Shown here in pieces: positions 62,227-64,000 of a DNA stretch of 64,000 bases. The stretch is from NCBI GenBank assembly GCA_963745025.1, contig CAVUWD010000006.1:480001-544000 (forward strand). The letters are read 5' to 3'. The position numbers and the translations under genes were made by a program. Each line of letters opens with the position of its first letter. Position 1 is the first letter of the stretch. Origin of the DNA: an uncultured delta proteobacterium. GTDB lineage: Bacteria; Desulfobacterota; Binatia; JACPRU01. The notes under the pieces are model-generated. The model was not told the origin of the DNA and did no database searches. It saw nothing but the letters and a program-made list of their open reading frames with translations.

Positions 62227-63207
62227 ATGAGCTCCAGCCCTCCCCGCACCATTGACGTCAACGGACGCCAGTTGCCGTTCGGCTTCATCGTGTTCGTGCT
62301 CGTGGGCATTTTCGTCATCGTGGTCGGGTGGGCGTCGGTCTACACGGTCGAGGCCGAAAGCGAGGGCGTGGTGCTGCGGTTCGGCAAGCTTCTGAAGACG
62401 GTGGAGCCGGGGCTACATTTCAAGCTGCCGCTCGGCATCGACCTGGTGACCGTGGTGCCCACGCGACGCCAGTTGAAGCTGGAGTTCGGCTTTTCCACCC
62501 CGGGTCTCACCAATCCCGACCAGGCCGGTGAGGAGCCGGAGCGGGAGAAGTCCATGGTCACCGGCGACCTGAACGTGGCGCTGGTGGAGTGGGTGGTGCA
62601 ATATCGCGTCGGCGATCCCAAGCAATATCTGTTCGATGTGCGTAGTCCCGGCCAGACATTGCGCGATCTGTCGGAAGCGGCAATGCGCGAGGTGGTCGGC
62701 GACCGCACGGTGGACGAGGTGATCACTGTCGGGCGGCAGGAGATCGAGGTATCCGCGCTCGCCCGGCTGCAGGAGTTGGTCAAGCTCTACCACTTGGGCA
62801 TTTTCGTGGATCAGGTGCAGCTCAAGAACGTCAACCCGCCCAAGCCGGTGCAGGCCTCCTTCAACGAAGTCAACAAGGCCCAGCAGGATCGCGAGAACGC
62901 GATCAACGTCGCCAACGGTGATTACAACAAGGTCGTGCCGAAGGCCAAAGGCGAGGCCGACCAGGCCATCAGCACCGCCGAGGGCTACAAGTTCAAGCGC
63001 GTCAACGAAGCCGAGGGCGACGTCGCCGCGTTCAACGCGGTGCTGGCGGAATACATCAAGTCACCCGAGATCACGCGCACGCGGATCTACCTCGAAACGA
63101 TGGCCGAGATTCTGCCGCAGGCCGGGCAGAAATTCATCGTGGACGAGTCGTTGCGCCAGCTCCTGCCGATCCTGCCGCTGTTGACGAAACCCGCGGAGGC
63201 GAAATGA
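62227..63207 (+). CDS. hflK: FtsH protease modulator HflK
   Basis: GVVLRFGK, MVTGDLNV, PVQASFNEVNKAQQD, TRTRIYLETM. Confidence 0.95.
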   Translation: MSSSPPRTIDVNGRQLPFGFIVFVLVGIFVIVVGWASVYTVEAESEGVVLRFGKLLKTVEPGLHFKLPLGIDLVTVVPTRRQLKLEFGFSTPGLTNPDQAGEEPEREKSMVTGDLNVALVEWVVQYRVGDPKQYLFDVRSPGQTLRDLSEAAMREVVGDRTVDEVITVGRQEIEVSALARLQELVKLYHLGIFVDQVQLKNVNPPKPVQASFNEVNKAQQDRENAINVANGDYNKVVPKAKGEADQAISTAEGYKFKRVNEAEGDVAAFNAVLAEYIKSPEITRTRIYLETMAEILPQAGQKFIVDESLRQLLPILPLLTKPAEAK

Positions 63208-64000
63208 GACGCGTCCCCTCCTTCGTCCTCGTCGTCCTAGCGATGGTGCTCTTCTTCCTGGCCGGCGCCTATTACACGGTTTCGGAAACCGAGCAGGTCA
63301 TCATCACCCAGTTCGGAAAGCCCGTCGGCGCGCCCATCACCGACCCGGGCCTGCATTTCAAGATGCCGATCATCCAGACCGTCAACCGGCTCGACAAGCG
63401 CTTCCTCGGATGGGACGGCGCGCCGGTGGGCATCCCGACCAAGGACAAGACCTACATCCACGTCGACACATTCGCGCGATGGCGGATCAAGGACCCGCTG
63501 CAATATTTTCTGCGGCTCCGCGACGAACGGAGCGCCCAGTCGCGCCTCGAGGACATCCTCGGCAGTGAGACGCGCAACGCCATCGCCAAGCACGAGTTGA
63601 TCGAGATCGTGCGCACCGACAAGGACCGCAAGCCGATGCTCGACTCGAGCTTCCAAACCGGGCCGACCGGTGTGGGCACGATCGGCGTGCTGCCGCCCAT
63701 CACCGTGGGCCGGCAAAAGGTCGAGACCGAGATCAAGACCGCCGCCGCCGGCAAGCTGGCCGAGTTCGGCATCGAGCTGCTGGACCTGCGCCTGAAGCGC
63801 GTGGATTACAACCCCGACGTGCTCGACCGCATCTACCAGCGCATGATCAGCGAGCGTCAGCAAATCGCCCAGCGGTTCCGCTCGGAAGGCGAGGGCGAGG
63901 CGGCCAAGATCGCCGGCAAGAAAGAACGCGACATGAACGAAATCCAGTCCGGCGCCTACCTCAAGGTGCAGACCATCCGCGGCGAGGCCGACGCCAAGGC
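63204..64000 (+). CDS. hflC: FtsH protease modulator HflC (runs off window)
   Basis: EQVIITQFGKP, IPTKDKTYI.VD, IYQRMISERQQIAQRFRSEGEGEA. ATGA overlap with hflK. Confidence 0.95.
   Translation, partial: MRRVPSFVLVVLAMVLFFLAGAYYTVSETEQVIITQFGKPVGAPITDPGLHFKMPIIQTVNRLDKRFLGWDGAPVGIPTKDKTYIHVDTFARWRIKDPLQYFLRLRDERSAQSRLEDILGSETRNAIAKHELIEIVRTDKDRKPMLDSSFQTGPTGVGTIGVLPPITVGRQKVETEIKTAAAGKLAEFGIELLDLRLKRVDYNPDVLDRIYQRMISERQQIAQRFRSEGEGEAAKIAGKKERDMNEIQSGAYLKVQTIRGEADAK

Noticed and set aside
1-64000. DGR, retron, CRISPR-Cas, integron integrase, tRNA/rRNA
   Set aside because: I recognised no reverse transcriptase, cas gene, IntI-specific insertion, attC array, adenine-specific TR/VR pair or structural RNA gene by eye.

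Overview
GC-rich bacterial accessory region built as a mosaic of intact genes, gene fragments and mobile-element remnants. The gene families suggest a Candidatus Binatia/deltaproteobacterial-type host, which is inference only. Mobile content: a head-to-tail IS66 dimer (4414-8185), an IS630 with TA duplication (22844-23975), an IS21 end plus istA stub, and a tyrosine-recombinase island carrying a RadC/JAB protein, an SSB-like protein and a beta-clamp (about 15.9-21.1 kb). It also has four same-orientation copies of a ~90 bp element resembling an IS91/ISCR oriIS end, two of them at gene-truncation junctions. Other content: several class III adenylate/guanylate cyclase-TPR genes (one intact, others frameshifted or truncated), a TPP riboswitch-thiD-tenA unit, a moaA cluster behind a SufR-like regulator, and hflKC. 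Top candidates for novelty: (1) a 902-aa RpoD-like sigma factor whose region 1.1 is replaced by four tandem ~99-aa HTH-like repeats; (2) oriIS-like mini-elements that may capture and shuffle gene fragments; (3) a twice-present leader-ORF plus secreted beta-barrel module, one copy bracketed by 55-bp identical direct repeats next to a minimal tyrosine recombinase. I saw no rRNA, tRNA, CRISPR array or reverse transcriptase. All family assignments come from motif recognition by eye, not database searches.
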